A stretch of DNA of 60,287 nt, counting the filler. It is 4 parts of 4 records of this genome, joined end to end, with 100 filler letters (N's around TTAATTAATTAA, not from the genome) between each part and the next. Parts side by side here need not be neighbours in the genome. Positions count along the whole stretch, not along the records: positions 16,569 to 42,701 come from SRR20825019_1959; positions 42,802 to 60,287 come from SRR20825019_1960; 2 more parts are not named here. One strand, 5' to 3'. This document shows positions 40,032-49,062 of the stretch, piece by piece. A program made the translations under genes and the position numbers. The notes under the pieces were generated by a model, which did not search any database, was not told where the DNA came from, and was given only the letters and a program-made list of their open reading frames with translations. Positions within the stretch are counted from its first letter, which is position 1. The number at the start of each line of letters is the position of its first letter.

Positions 40032-41078
40032 ATGGACTCTCCCACGTCCTCATCAGAGGATGAAGGGAGTGTCCACGGGGACTTATATGGTACTGAACGG
40101 GATGCAAACGGCCTATGGTCTTGTTCATTTCCTGGTTGTGACAAACAGTTTAAGAAGCGGGGGCACCTCGTCAGTCATGGCTTTGTTCACACTGGTGAGA
40201 GGCCCTTTGTGTGCATGGTGAAAGGGTGTGGGAAGGCGTTTACCCGAAGCAACCACTTGAAAAGGCACTCTTATAGCCACACGGGAGAACGTCCATATAA
40301 GTGTGATTATCCCGGCTGTAGTGAGTCTTTTGTGGATCCTACTCACCTCAAGCGCCACCAAAGCCGTGCTCATGCCCCAACTCTTCCTTATCGATGCAGT
40401 GAAGAAGGATGTGAGGCTGGGTTTGCCAAGAAGAAACAATTGAGTATGCACGTGATGGAGGTGCATGGAAAGAGTGGTCTATTCGTCTGTGGTATTGAAG
40501 GTTGCGGACAGACTTTTTCTACTGCTCAAAGGCTTAAAAAGCATTCCGCAGTGCACTCGGAAAAAAAGAATTATATATGTGGATCGGAAGGATGCAGTGC
40601 TGCGTTCCGGCTGCACAAAGAGCTGCGCGCCCATATTCTCGCCGAGCACCCGTTCAAGCGAGAGTTTCCTTGCACTTCATGCGGAAAATCATTCAAACGC
40701 AAATCAGATCTTGTCATGCATATTCGGATGGTACACGAAATTGCAACGAGGGTTCAGTGCCCCGTGGACGGCTGCGGATCATCATTCGCTAAGAAAGCAA
40801 ATCTTGATGCACACATGCTATCAGCCCATGGCGAGAAGAAGCCATTCTTGTGCGCACTTTGTGGCAGTGGATTTAGCACAAAACAGAATATGATCAGGCA
40901 CATGAATAAGAAGCACCGGAACAGTCATGGAGAGGACGAGGTTCCTACGGTGGATTCTCCCCAACCGCTGAAAAAAGCTCGCAAAGGGAGTGCAGAGATT
41001 TCAATACCATGTTCACAACAGCATTCTCTGAAAGAAGTGGATATGGTTGTTGACTCGTCGGCAGTATTAGTGCGTTAG
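40032..41078 (+). CDS. nine-finger C2H2 protein, transcription factor IIIA-like
   Basis: Nine consecutive C2H2 fingers, mostly C-x4-C, with TGERP linkers after fingers 1 and 2. The ORF is open from 39921, and a CAG acceptor at 40018-40020 suggests the start is 40032 or lies in an upstream exon. Confidence 0.75.
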   Translation: MDSPTSSSEDEGSVHGDLYGTERDANGLWSCSFPGCDKQFKKRGHLVSHGFVHTGERPFVCMVKGCGKAFTRSNHLKRHSYSHTGERPYKCDYPGCSESFVDPTHLKRHQSRAHAPTLPYRCSEEGCEAGFAKKKQLSMHVMEVHGKSGLFVCGIEGCGQTFSTAQRLKKHSAVHSEKKNYICGSEGCSAAFRLHKELRAHILAEHPFKREFPCTSCGKSFKRKSDLVMHIRMVHEIATRVQCPVDGCGSSFAKKANLDAHMLSAHGEKKPFLCALCGSGFSTKQNMIRHMNKKHRNSHGEDEVPTVDSPQPLKKARKGSAEISIPCSQQHSLKEVDMVVDSSAVLVR

Positions 41079-41353
41079 GGTTTTGGTGAACTGATTTAGC
41101 ACGAGAATGCGGCATGTCGTCGCAGGATTTGGTTCTGTTCTGACGTGCAAGCTATTGTTCATATGGTAGCCTCCTCATCACAGCAGTATTCAGAGAAGCA
41201 TTCAGAATGCAACACTATATTGAGCTAACTGTTAGTAATTTATTGGTTTGGATATAACTAAACGTAAAACACCTTCTTCTACTAGTTGTCTAGAGTTATA
41301 ATATACAAGGCATACAATGCCATCATATATAATATGATACTATGTTAGGGTAC

Positions 41354-42436
41354 TTAATGGGCCACCTCTACAAGGTTGTGGGCAAAGCTATTCTGCCTCG
41401 ACCGACTCCTAGAGCCGGGCAAATGCTGCCTGACCTTACCCAACCCAGAAAACATAATATCCAAACTCTTGTAGAAGTCTGACAAAAACGAGCTGCTCTT
41501 TGCGCCAAGAGGCCTTGGGGGAGGCATGGAGTTGATCTCGTCATCCTCATCCTTCCTCGCTTGTCCTTCCGAAATATCCATGTTGCACACTTGATCAGCT
41601 AGCCTGTTGTCCACCATGTTTGAAGAGCCTGGCATGCCGTCATCAAGATCGTCAATCCAGTCCCAGTAGTCCTGGGTGGCGTCTGCACCAGTAAACGGGA
41701 TATCATCTGCGCTCCCAACAATCCTCTTAACTTCAAGCTCGCCGCACCAAGAAGGCTCCTCCCATGTGCTTGTGTCCCGAGCCATAGAGCTCTCGTCAGC
41801 CTCCAAGTCATGAGAGGTGCTGGCCTCGGCGGCTTCGAGGGTCGTCGATGCTACGTCACCTTCAGGAGACTCGGTCTCAACCTCAGCGGCTTCGCTCGTC
41901 ACAGCAGAGTGAGCCGCAGCGGATGACGAAGCAGCAGCAGAATAGCCTGTAGAGAACGCCGCCGCCGCAGAATACGATGCCTCCGCAACTCCAGTCGTGG
42001 TTGACTCCTCCGCATCCCTTTCGAAATCTTCTTCTTCACGAAGGTGGGTTCTGATGGTCTTCATTAGCTTTGCTCCTGGGCGATGGCCGCCCGCGTACTT
42101 CTTTCGTAAGGAGGAGGAGTTCTTCCCCATAGTCTCCATAGCATACTTGCACACAACATCCTCGTCTGTTTCGGTAGCACCCTTGTTGCTAATACGCTCC
42201 GCAATTTCGTTGAGCTCTGTCCCAGAAAAGGCGAACCGCTTGGCCACCTTTTGTGAAGAAGTGGAAGAAGGAGTCTGTTTCGTGATTTTTTTCTTCTTGT
42301 TGATGTGTCGATAAAGTGTTGCATGACTCAACCCGTATTGCTTGGCAGTTTTGCGAAGACGGCCTGTCCTCAAAACCTCTTGCTCTGCGAGGTCAAGCAA
42401 AGTTTCTCTGTCCATGTTCTTGTAGTTCACTGTCAT
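41354..42436 (-). CDS. psq/CENP-B (pogo-type) HTH DNA-binding protein lacking a DDE domain
   Basis: LRKTAKQYGLSHATLYRHI HTH, a second CENP-B-like helical region, then an Ala/Ser/Glu-rich acidic tail. Confidence 0.65.
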   Translation of the reverse strand: MTVNYKNMDRETLLDLAEQEVLRTGRLRKTAKQYGLSHATLYRHINKKKKITKQTPSSTSSQKVAKRFAFSGTELNEIAERISNKGATETDEDVVCKYAMETMGKNSSSLRKKYAGGHRPGAKLMKTIRTHLREEEDFERDAEESTTTGVAEASYSAAAAFSTGYSAAASSSAAAHSAVTSEAAEVETESPEGDVASTTLEAAEASTSHDLEADESSMARDTSTWEEPSWCGELEVKRIVGSADDIPFTGADATQDYWDWIDDLDDGMPGSSNMVDNRLADQVCNMDISEGQARKDEDDEINSMPPPRPLGAKSSSFLSDFYKSLDIMFSGLGKVRQHLPGSRSRSRQNSFAHNLVEVAH

Positions 42437-42645
42437 TTTCAATATATTAAAAGTGTAGTGCGAAAAAGATTTCAACTGTAAACTTTCTGTAAATTATTGT
42501 CGTTTTCAAAGGTTTGTAACTTTGCCAAGTCGGAGTCAAAGTTTGAAACTTATCAGATAATTTCCTCTATATATTGTGTTTGAATGTATATTTGTTTCCT
42601 TCTCTTCCAAGTCTCGAAGAGTCATGGGTCGCAAAGATGTTGACT

Positions 42646-42701
42646 GGGTTGGGGGCCGGGGGCTAGGGGCCGGGGTGGGTGGGTGGGTGGGTGGGGGGGG
42701 G
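42646..42701 (+). repeat. G-tract / (GGGT)n simple repeat at contig end, G-quadruplex-capable
   Basis: GGGGCCGGGGTGGGTGGGTGGGTGGGTGGGGGGGGG. Confidence 0.8.
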
Positions 42702-42801
42702 NNNNNNNNNNNNNNNNNNNNNNNNNNNNNNNNNNNNNNNNNNNNTTAATTAATTAANNNNNNNNNNNNNNNNNNNNNNNNNNNNNNNNNNNNNNNNNNN
42801 N
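42702..42801. other. artificial contig spacer
   Basis: 44N-TTAATTAATTAA-44N. Confidence 0.98.
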
Positions 42802-42984
42802 CAGATCTCGAGGGCATTCCGGGAAGAGTAAGAGCACATGTCTGCTTAGCGCACACTTCTCCGACAAAGACCTGTGGGCGGCAAATAGACGGCCTGCGCC
42901 GCGAAGCCTGCCGCCCCCTTTTCGGGCCGGCAGGTTTGATCAGGGCGGCGGAGAGCCTACCGCCGATATCGCCGCCCAATGGCC

Positions 42985-43767
42985 CTAGGACCCTGTGGAC
43001 ACGAAACTTTCCAGGGCGGCGGTCCTGCGATTGAATTCCAGCATCTGCGCCATTTCCGTCTGCGCTGCCAGAGAATCCTTGGCACGGATTGCCTCGGCGA
43101 CCTTGATGTGGCCTTCGCGAGTCACCGGCTCGGGGCTTTTGGCCAGCACGCCATACTCGTAGGAAATCCAGAGCATGGTGAGAATGATGGGGCGCAACTG
43201 CCGCATCATCAGATTGCCGGTGGCCTCCAGGATCGTGGCGTGGAACGTGCAGTCTGCATTGAACAAATCCTCGACCGTCCCCGAGTTGGGATGCATCGCA
43301 TAGGCCGCCTCCAGAATGGTTGTCACCTGCGCCTCGGTTGCTCGTACTGCGGCCAATGCTGCTGCCTGTGGCTCAATGATGCCGCGGAGCTCGGTGGTCT
43401 CGGCGAACATGGATTGCAGCCGGGAATGAGTCGGCTCGTGCCAGGCCACGACCTCTGCATCGAGCAGGCTCCATTCCTCCACCGGGCGCACGCGCGTGCC
43501 ATAGCGCCGTGCCGTGCGCACCATGCCCTTCCCCGACAACACCTTGATGGCGTCGCGCACCGTGGTCCTGCTGACCCCTAAAGACGTCGCCAGCTCGGGC
43601 TCGGTCGGCATGATCTCGCCGGGACGATAGACATCGTTTGCGATCCGTCGCCCAAGAATGTCCACCGCGATCTTGGTGGCACCAGTCGGGAGCGCTGATC
43701 CAATCACCGCATGCAGAAGGCCGGGCATTTTTGGTCGCAGCGCCACCTGCGCGTCATCGCTATCCAC
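42985..43767 (-). CDS. GntR/FadR-family regulator (DgoR-like)
   Basis: MPTEPELATSLGVSRTTVRDAIKVL, WSLLDAEV, ADCTFHATILEATGN FCD domain. Confidence 0.9.
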   Translation of the reverse strand: MDSDDAQVALRPKMPGLLHAVIGSALPTGATKIAVDILGRRIANDVYRPGEIMPTEPELATSLGVSRTTVRDAIKVLSGKGMVRTARRYGTRVRPVEEWSLLDAEVVAWHEPTHSRLQSMFAETTELRGIIEPQAAALAAVRATEAQVTTILEAAYAMHPNSGTVEDLFNADCTFHATILEATGNLMMRQLRPIILTMLWISYEYGVLAKSPEPVTREGHIKVAEAIRAKDSLAAQTEMAQMLEFNRRTAALESFVSTGS

Positions 43768-43875
43768 TACTCACCTTTACATATGATCTAAAGAATTGCA
43801 TGATTGTTGATGATGGTGCTCCAGACGCCACCGAAATGCCAACTTGGCCACAAGGCCGCACTAGGGAGGACAACT

Positions 43876-44898
43876 ATGTTTAATACCCGTACCGCAATCG
43901 GCGCCCTTATGGGGGTGCTGTCTCTTTCATCGGTTAGTATGGCTGCCGAAATCAAGTTCGGCATTGGTGTCGCCGAGGGCGACTACCCCGAATACAATGC
44001 CGTGCTCCGCTTCAAAGAGTATGTCGAGTTCAAGACCAATGGCGAAATCACCGTTCGCCTGTTCCCGGGCAATCAGCTCGGTGGTGAACGCGAAATGCTC
44101 GAGCAGGTCCAGCAGGGCAGCCTCGAACTGACCTTACCGGCCGACGGCGCCATGGCCGGATTCTATCCGCCCATGCAGGTCTGGTCGGTGCCGTACATTT
44201 TTGAAAGCGCCCCCATCGCCTGGGAAGTCATGAATGGGCCGTTTGGCGATGCCATGCGCGAGGACATCCTGGAAGAGACCGGCATGCGCGCTCTGGCCTT
44301 TTCGCAGAATGGCTTCCGCTCGTTCACCAACAATGTGCGGCCAATCGTCAATCCCGACGACATGGCGGGTCTCAAGATCCGCACCATGGAAAGCCCGGTC
44401 TATATGGAAATGGTCAAGTCGCTGGGCGCAACGGCCGTTCCGATCAGCGGCGCTGAAGTGGTGATGGCCCTGCGCCAGGGCGTGGTCGATGGGCAGGAAA
44501 ATCCGCCCGCAGTGGTCTATAGCGGTGGCCATGGCGAAGTGCAGAAGTACTACACCTTGAACGAGCACACCTTCGGCCTGCATGTCGTGGTCGCCAATAA
44601 TGACTGGTTCGAGTCGCTCTCGCCGGGCCATCAGCAGATCATCCAGGATGCTGCCAGCCTGGCCGCGTGGACTGAGAACTTGCAGAAAACTGAGGCCGAT
44701 TGGCTCGCAAGCCGCAAACTGGCCGAAGAGCTGGGCATGGAAATCCACGTCTCAAGCCCTGAAGAAAAGACTGCATTCCGCGAGGTGGTCCAAGAGCCGG
44801 TCCTGCAGTTCATTCGCACCAATGTTGGTGATGAACTGGTGGACGAGCTTCTCGCCGAAGTGGAAACCGTAAAGTCCCGCCTGTACGGGTCTGAATAA
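43876..44898 (+). CDS. dctP: TRAP substrate-binding protein DctP
   Basis: GGAGG RBS, signal peptide, QLGGEREM, GLKIRTM, GVVDGQENP. Confidence 0.92.
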   Translation: MFNTRTAIGALMGVLSLSSVSMAAEIKFGIGVAEGDYPEYNAVLRFKEYVEFKTNGEITVRLFPGNQLGGEREMLEQVQQGSLELTLPADGAMAGFYPPMQVWSVPYIFESAPIAWEVMNGPFGDAMREDILEETGMRALAFSQNGFRSFTNNVRPIVNPDDMAGLKIRTMESPVYMEMVKSLGATAVPISGAEVVMALRQGVVDGQENPPAVVYSGGHGEVQKYYTLNEHTFGLHVVVANNDWFESLSPGHQQIIQDAASLAAWTENLQKTEADWLASRKLAEELGMEIHVSSPEEKTAFREVVQEPVLQFIRTNVGDELVDELLAEVETVKSRLYGSE

Positions 44899-44910
44899 GC
44901 GACCCCATCC

Positions 44911-44933
44911 GCCGCGGGCCTTTGGCCCGCGGC
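44911..44933 (+). terminator. intercistronic stem-loop after dctP
   Basis: GCCGCGGGCC-TTT-GGCCCGCGGC perfect 10-bp stem. No U-tract, so more likely an mRNA-stability hairpin than a true terminator. Confidence 0.55.
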
Positions 44934-44950
44934 ATTCAAGGACCCTTGCA

Positions 44951-45460
44951 ATGCAGGCTTTTGCGAAGCGCGCCGCCTTCCTGCTCGCCCGTGCGACCGA
45001 GATTCTGGCGACACTGCTTTTGATCACCGTCACCGCACTCAATCTCACGCAGGTCGTGGGCCGCTATGCCTTCAGCATCGGCTTTAGCTGGACCGAAGAA
45101 TTGATGCGCTATCTGATGATCTGGCTCATGATGCTGGGCTCCGTGGCGGCCATCTACCGGATCGAACACATGGGGGTCGAGACCCTCGAATCCATGGTGG
45201 CGCCGCGCTATGCCGGCCTGGTGCGATCGGCCCTTTACTCGTTCGGCGCCATATTCTGCCTGGTGGTGATGATCTATGGCTGGCCCCTTGCCCTACGCAA
45301 TGCAGGCCAGGTCGCCCCAGCCTCAGGCATCCCCATGATCTATCCCTATATGGCCCTTCCCGTCGGATCGGCTCTCCTGCTCATTCAGATCGGCCTGTCC
45401 TGGTTCGGTGGCTGGGAAGAGCAGGGCAAATCGTCTGACGCGGCTGGAGACGAAGCATGA
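44951..45460 (+). CDS. dctQ: TRAP small permease DctQ
   Basis: QVVGRY...SWTEELMRYLMIW...HMGVE. Confidence 0.9.
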   Translation: MQAFAKRAAFLLARATEILATLLLITVTALNLTQVVGRYAFSIGFSWTEELMRYLMIWLMMLGSVAAIYRIEHMGVETLESMVAPRYAGLVRSALYSFGAIFCLVVMIYGWPLALRNAGQVAPASGIPMIYPYMALPVGSALLLIQIGLSWFGGWEEQGKSSDAAGDEA

Positions 45461-46731
45461 TCTGGGTTGCTCTTTCCGGTCTCGGCCTGCTGCTGATCGG
45501 TGTCCCTGTTGCCTTCTCGCTCGGGCTCGCCGGGCTGGTCGGCGTTTGGCTCGCCGATATCCCGTTGTCCATTGTGACAACGCGCCTGTTCACGGGCGTG
45601 GACAGTTTCGTATTCCTCGCAGTTCCATTCTACATTCTGGCTGCCGAAATCATGAGCCAGGGCGGCATCACCACCAGGCTCATTGCCATCGCTTCGGGTG
45701 CCACGCGCAAGATGCGCGGGGGTACCGCCTATGCCAACATTGGCACGTCTGTCCTGTTTGCAGGCATTTCCGGTTCAGCCGTGGCCGACGCTGCCGCTTT
45801 GGGCAGGGTCTTCATGCAGGAAATGCCGAAGGAAGGCTATTCGCGCCCCTATGCAGCCGCGGTCACAGTCGCCTCATCCATCATTGGCCCCATCATCCCC
45901 CCCTCGGGCCTGGCCATTCTGATCGGCGCGGTGACGGGCGTCTCCATCATTGACTTGTTCCTGGCGGGCGTCGGTCCAGGCATCCTGCTGGGCTTCGCCT
46001 GCGCAGCCATCGTCTTCTTTGATGCCGTCCGGGGCCGCCTGCCCCGACCGCGTGTGGCCGACAATCAAGGGCCGCGCTGGCGCATGATTATCGAGGGTGT
46101 CGCTGTCGCCACCCTTCCGCTGATTATTGTCGGGGGCATGGTCCTGGGCGCCTATACGGCGACCGAGGGTGGTGGGATCGCGGTGGCTTATGCCATCTTC
46201 CTGTCTGTGGTCGTGTTCAGAAAGATGGATATGGCCGGTCTCTGGCGAGCCTTTATGCGCGCTGCCCGCACGTCGGCGACCATCTATTTGCTGGTGGCCG
46301 CGGCGACGATCCTGTCCTACGCGCTCAATCTGCTGGGTATCTCCGGCTTTGTCCGGGAGGCAGCGCTGATCTTTCAGGACCAACCGATATACTTCCTGTT
46401 GGCGCTGTCCGTGCTGATGCTGATACTGGGCACATTTCTCGATATCGGCGCGGCGATCCTGATCTTCATGCCGCTCGTGATGCCCGCGGTGATCGAGCTT
46501 GGCATTGATCCGCTGCAGGCCAGCATGATCGTGATGGTCACGCTGGCGATTGGCCTGGTGACACCACCGGTAGGCGTTGTCCTGTTCGTCATCATGCGGG
46601 TGGGCCGCATTGGCATGATACCACTCATGCGAGCCCTCCTGCCCTTTCTTATTGCCCAGCTCGTCGCTGTCGTGATCCTCTGCCTCGTCCCTGAAATTTC
46701 GACCTGGCTACCGCAAATTCTAAATCCCTGA
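45457..46731 (+). CDS. dctM: TRAP large permease DctM
   Basis: AVPFYILA, GISGSAVADAAA, IGPIIPPS, GLVTPPVG. Confidence 0.92.
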   Translation: MIWVALSGLGLLLIGVPVAFSLGLAGLVGVWLADIPLSIVTTRLFTGVDSFVFLAVPFYILAAEIMSQGGITTRLIAIASGATRKMRGGTAYANIGTSVLFAGISGSAVADAAALGRVFMQEMPKEGYSRPYAAAVTVASSIIGPIIPPSGLAILIGAVTGVSIIDLFLAGVGPGILLGFACAAIVFFDAVRGRLPRPRVADNQGPRWRMIIEGVAVATLPLIIVGGMVLGAYTATEGGGIAVAYAIFLSVVVFRKMDMAGLWRAFMRAARTSATIYLLVAAATILSYALNLLGISGFVREAALIFQDQPIYFLLALSVLMLILGTFLDIGAAILIFMPLVMPAVIELGIDPLQASMIVMVTLAIGLVTPPVGVVLFVIMRVGRIGMIPLMRALLPFLIAQLVAVVILCLVPEISTWLPQILNP

Positions 46732-46742
46732 GTGAGGCCGAA

Positions 46743-47921
46743 GTGAAGATAACTGCCGTCCAAACGGTGGTCGTGAACGCGATCCATCGCAATTGGGTGT
46801 TCGTCAAGGTCCTGACGGACCAGCCGGGCCTGTATGGGTGGGGCGAAGCCACGCTCGAGTGGAAAACGCGCGCCGTGTGCGCCACGATTGAGGATCTTGA
46901 ACCCTTCGTCATCGGTGAGGATCCCACCCGCATCGAGCATGTTGTGCGCCGCATGACCGGTTTCAGCTTCTGGCCCCTTGGCGCCATCGGGCTCACGGCG
47001 GTATCGGGAATTGAACACGCCCTTTGGGATATCAAGGGCAAGGCCCTTGGCGTCCCCGTCCACGACCTGCTTGGCGGGCGTGTGCGCGACAACGTGGCGG
47101 TCTATACCCATCTGCGCCGCGCCAAGATCGGCGCCCAGGTCCCCACCAGCGACATCAATGCGTTTTGTGACGCCGTGCAGGAAACGGTCGAGATGGGCTA
47201 CAACGCCATCAAGCTCGGCTTTGTCCCCTACACCGGTTACGCTGCGCCCCTGCCCGAAGTTCGCCACGTGGAAAAACTCGCGCATGCGGTACGTGAGCGC
47301 GTGGGAGACGGCGTTGAAATCATGACCGATTTCCACGGTCGCCCGGATAGTGTCGAAGCGGCGCGCGCCTATATCGATGCGATTGCCCCGATCCGGCCGC
47401 TGTTTGTGGAAGAAGCAATCCAACCCGGCGACGCCACGGCAATGGCCGACCTAGCGCGGCTGGTATCCTGTCCGCTGGCAACCGGAGAACGCCTCTTCAC
47501 ACCGCGCGAGTTCGCTGACCTCGCCGAGAAGCGGGCCGTCGCCTATATCCAGCCCGATCTGGCCCATTGTGGCGGCCTCACCGGTGGGCGCAAAATCGCG
47601 GCCATCGCGGAAGCCGCGCATATGGGTGTGGCGCCGCACAATCCCATGGGACCGGTGGCAGGTGCCGTCGCGTTGCACTTCGACCTCGCCACGCCCAACT
47701 TCGTCATCCAGGAGGAGGCCGTGGGCCTGGTTCCATGGTTCCGCGATATCTGTACGCAGACCTATCCACTCGACATGCAGAATGGCGTGTGGGGCGTACC
47801 CGATGCGCCCGGCCTCGGTATCGAGATTGATGAAGCCGAAGCGGCGCGCCATCCCTTTGCACAGGAAGAAATTCCCGCCCTTGACGCAATTCTGCCCGAC
47901 GGTCGCATCGCCAATTGGTGA
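46743..47921 (+). CDS. dgoD: galactonate dehydratase-like enolase-superfamily acid-sugar dehydratase
   Basis: GWGEATLEW, ALWDIKGKALGVPV, DFHGR, FVEE, ATGERL, QPDLAHCGG, APHNPMGP. Substrate not proven. Confidence 0.78.
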   Translation: MKITAVQTVVVNAIHRNWVFVKVLTDQPGLYGWGEATLEWKTRAVCATIEDLEPFVIGEDPTRIEHVVRRMTGFSFWPLGAIGLTAVSGIEHALWDIKGKALGVPVHDLLGGRVRDNVAVYTHLRRAKIGAQVPTSDINAFCDAVQETVEMGYNAIKLGFVPYTGYAAPLPEVRHVEKLAHAVRERVGDGVEIMTDFHGRPDSVEAARAYIDAIAPIRPLFVEEAIQPGDATAMADLARLVSCPLATGERLFTPREFADLAEKRAVAYIQPDLAHCGGLTGGRKIAAIAEAAHMGVAPHNPMGPVAGAVALHFDLATPNFVIQEEAVGLVPWFRDICTQTYPLDMQNGVWGVPDAPGLGIEIDEAEAARHPFAQEEIPALDAILPDGRIANW

Positions 47922-47997
47922 TGCTGCCGGCGATTGTGTGCATTGCCTGTTTGCGTGCCGCGTGAGGGCATGGCGCGTACGGAAACGCAGTTGCGCC

Positions 47998-48936
47998 TTA
48001 GCCTTGGTTGGTGACGTGGCCGAGCCCGCGCCGTTCCGAAAGGAGCGAGGTTGTGGTGCTCATTTCCTGTTGCAGCCAATGGATGAAGGCGTCGACGATC
48101 GGCTTTCTGGCCCTGTGGTCTGGCTCCAACAGGTAATATCCCCGGCCGGAGGGCACGCGCGCAGAATGGACCTCGACCAGGGAGCCTGCGGACAGATGGT
48201 CGGCGATCATCGCCTCCTCGGCAATGACGATCCCCATATCCTTTTCTGCAGCACCGTAGGAAAGGGCCGAGTTGAACAGGATCGTTCCCCGATCGAGGTG
48301 AAAGTTCGGAACGCCGGCGCCCAGGCACCAGAGCGTCCAGTCATCGAGGCGCTTCATGGTGTGGATGATGGCATCCGTATTGCCGGCGAGGAACCGACCC
48401 AGGTCTGTCCTGCGGGCAACGGCAGGGGATGCCACGGCAACCAGGTCGATGTCGAACAGCTTTGTCGTGAGGAAACCCTGCCACTGGTCCTGTCCCGTGG
48501 TGATGGCAACGTCTCCGACCCCGTCGAACTGCCCCAATGATGACTCCACTGCCGTGACCGTCAGGCTCGCCGATGGCCAGGCGCGCTGGAAGCTCGAAAG
48601 CCGGGGCAGCAGCCAATAGGACGCAAATGTAGGAGTAGTCTTGACCACGAGGGCATTGGGGCGGGCCAGGGCACGGGCAGTTTCAAAGGCGCCTTCCATC
48701 TCCCGCAGCGCCCCGACGGTAAGGCTGTGATACAGGCGCCCCAGCTCTGTCAATTTCACATGCCTCGCCTCGCGGCGGAATAATTCCCCGCCAACGCGGT
48801 CCTCGAGCAGGCGAATTTGCTGGCTGATCGCCGCCTGCGTCAGGTTAAGTTCTTGTGCTGCCTTGGAAAAACTTTCGAGGCGGGCACTGGCCTCGAACGA
48901 TCTGAGACTGGCGAGGGATGGCAGAGGCTGAGGCAT
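47998..48936 (-). CDS. LysR-family regulator (GcvA-like)
   Basis: LPSLASLRSFEASARLESFSKAAQELNLTQAAISQQIR, FASYWLLPRL. Confidence 0.92.
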   Translation of the reverse strand: MPQPLPSLASLRSFEASARLESFSKAAQELNLTQAAISQQIRLLEDRVGGELFRREARHVKLTELGRLYHSLTVGALREMEGAFETARALARPNALVVKTTPTFASYWLLPRLSSFQRAWPSASLTVTAVESSLGQFDGVGDVAITTGQDQWQGFLTTKLFDIDLVAVASPAVARRTDLGRFLAGNTDAIIHTMKRLDDWTLWCLGAGVPNFHLDRGTILFNSALSYGAAEKDMGIVIAEEAMIADHLSAGSLVEVHSARVPSGRGYYLLEPDHRARKPIVDAFIHWLQQEMSTTTSLLSERRGLGHVTNQG

Positions 48937-49019
48937 CTATTAGTCCCGCTTATGGATGTGCGTAGTTACTTTTGCTTGAACCACATCCAAATGCCAATAG
49001 TCTAGTCAATGTAAAATTC

Positions 49020-49036
49020 TGCCTATCAATTAGGCA
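49020..49036. promoter_or_regulatory. palindromic operator candidate TGCCTA-N5-TAGGCA
   Basis: Perfect 6-bp arms just upstream of the amidase RBS. Confidence 0.5.
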
Positions 49037-49062
49037 TTTTGGCGTTGACAAGGAGAATGGCA

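Noticed and set aside
42646-42701. Telomere or nanochromosome end (G-rich right end, C-rich left end at about 16594-16614)
   Set aside because: Only about five GGGT units and no matching regular repeat at the left end. Better explained as assembly breaks in the G/C promoter islands.
16569-42701. Non-standard genetic code or non-canonical introns in the eukaryote
   Set aside because: Genes end in TAA or TAG, apparent in-frame stops fall inside introns, and every intron I resolved is GT-AG.
16469-42801. Horizontal transfer of a eukaryotic block into a bacterium, or the reverse
   Set aside because: Both junctions are artificial spacers, so there is no physical linkage.
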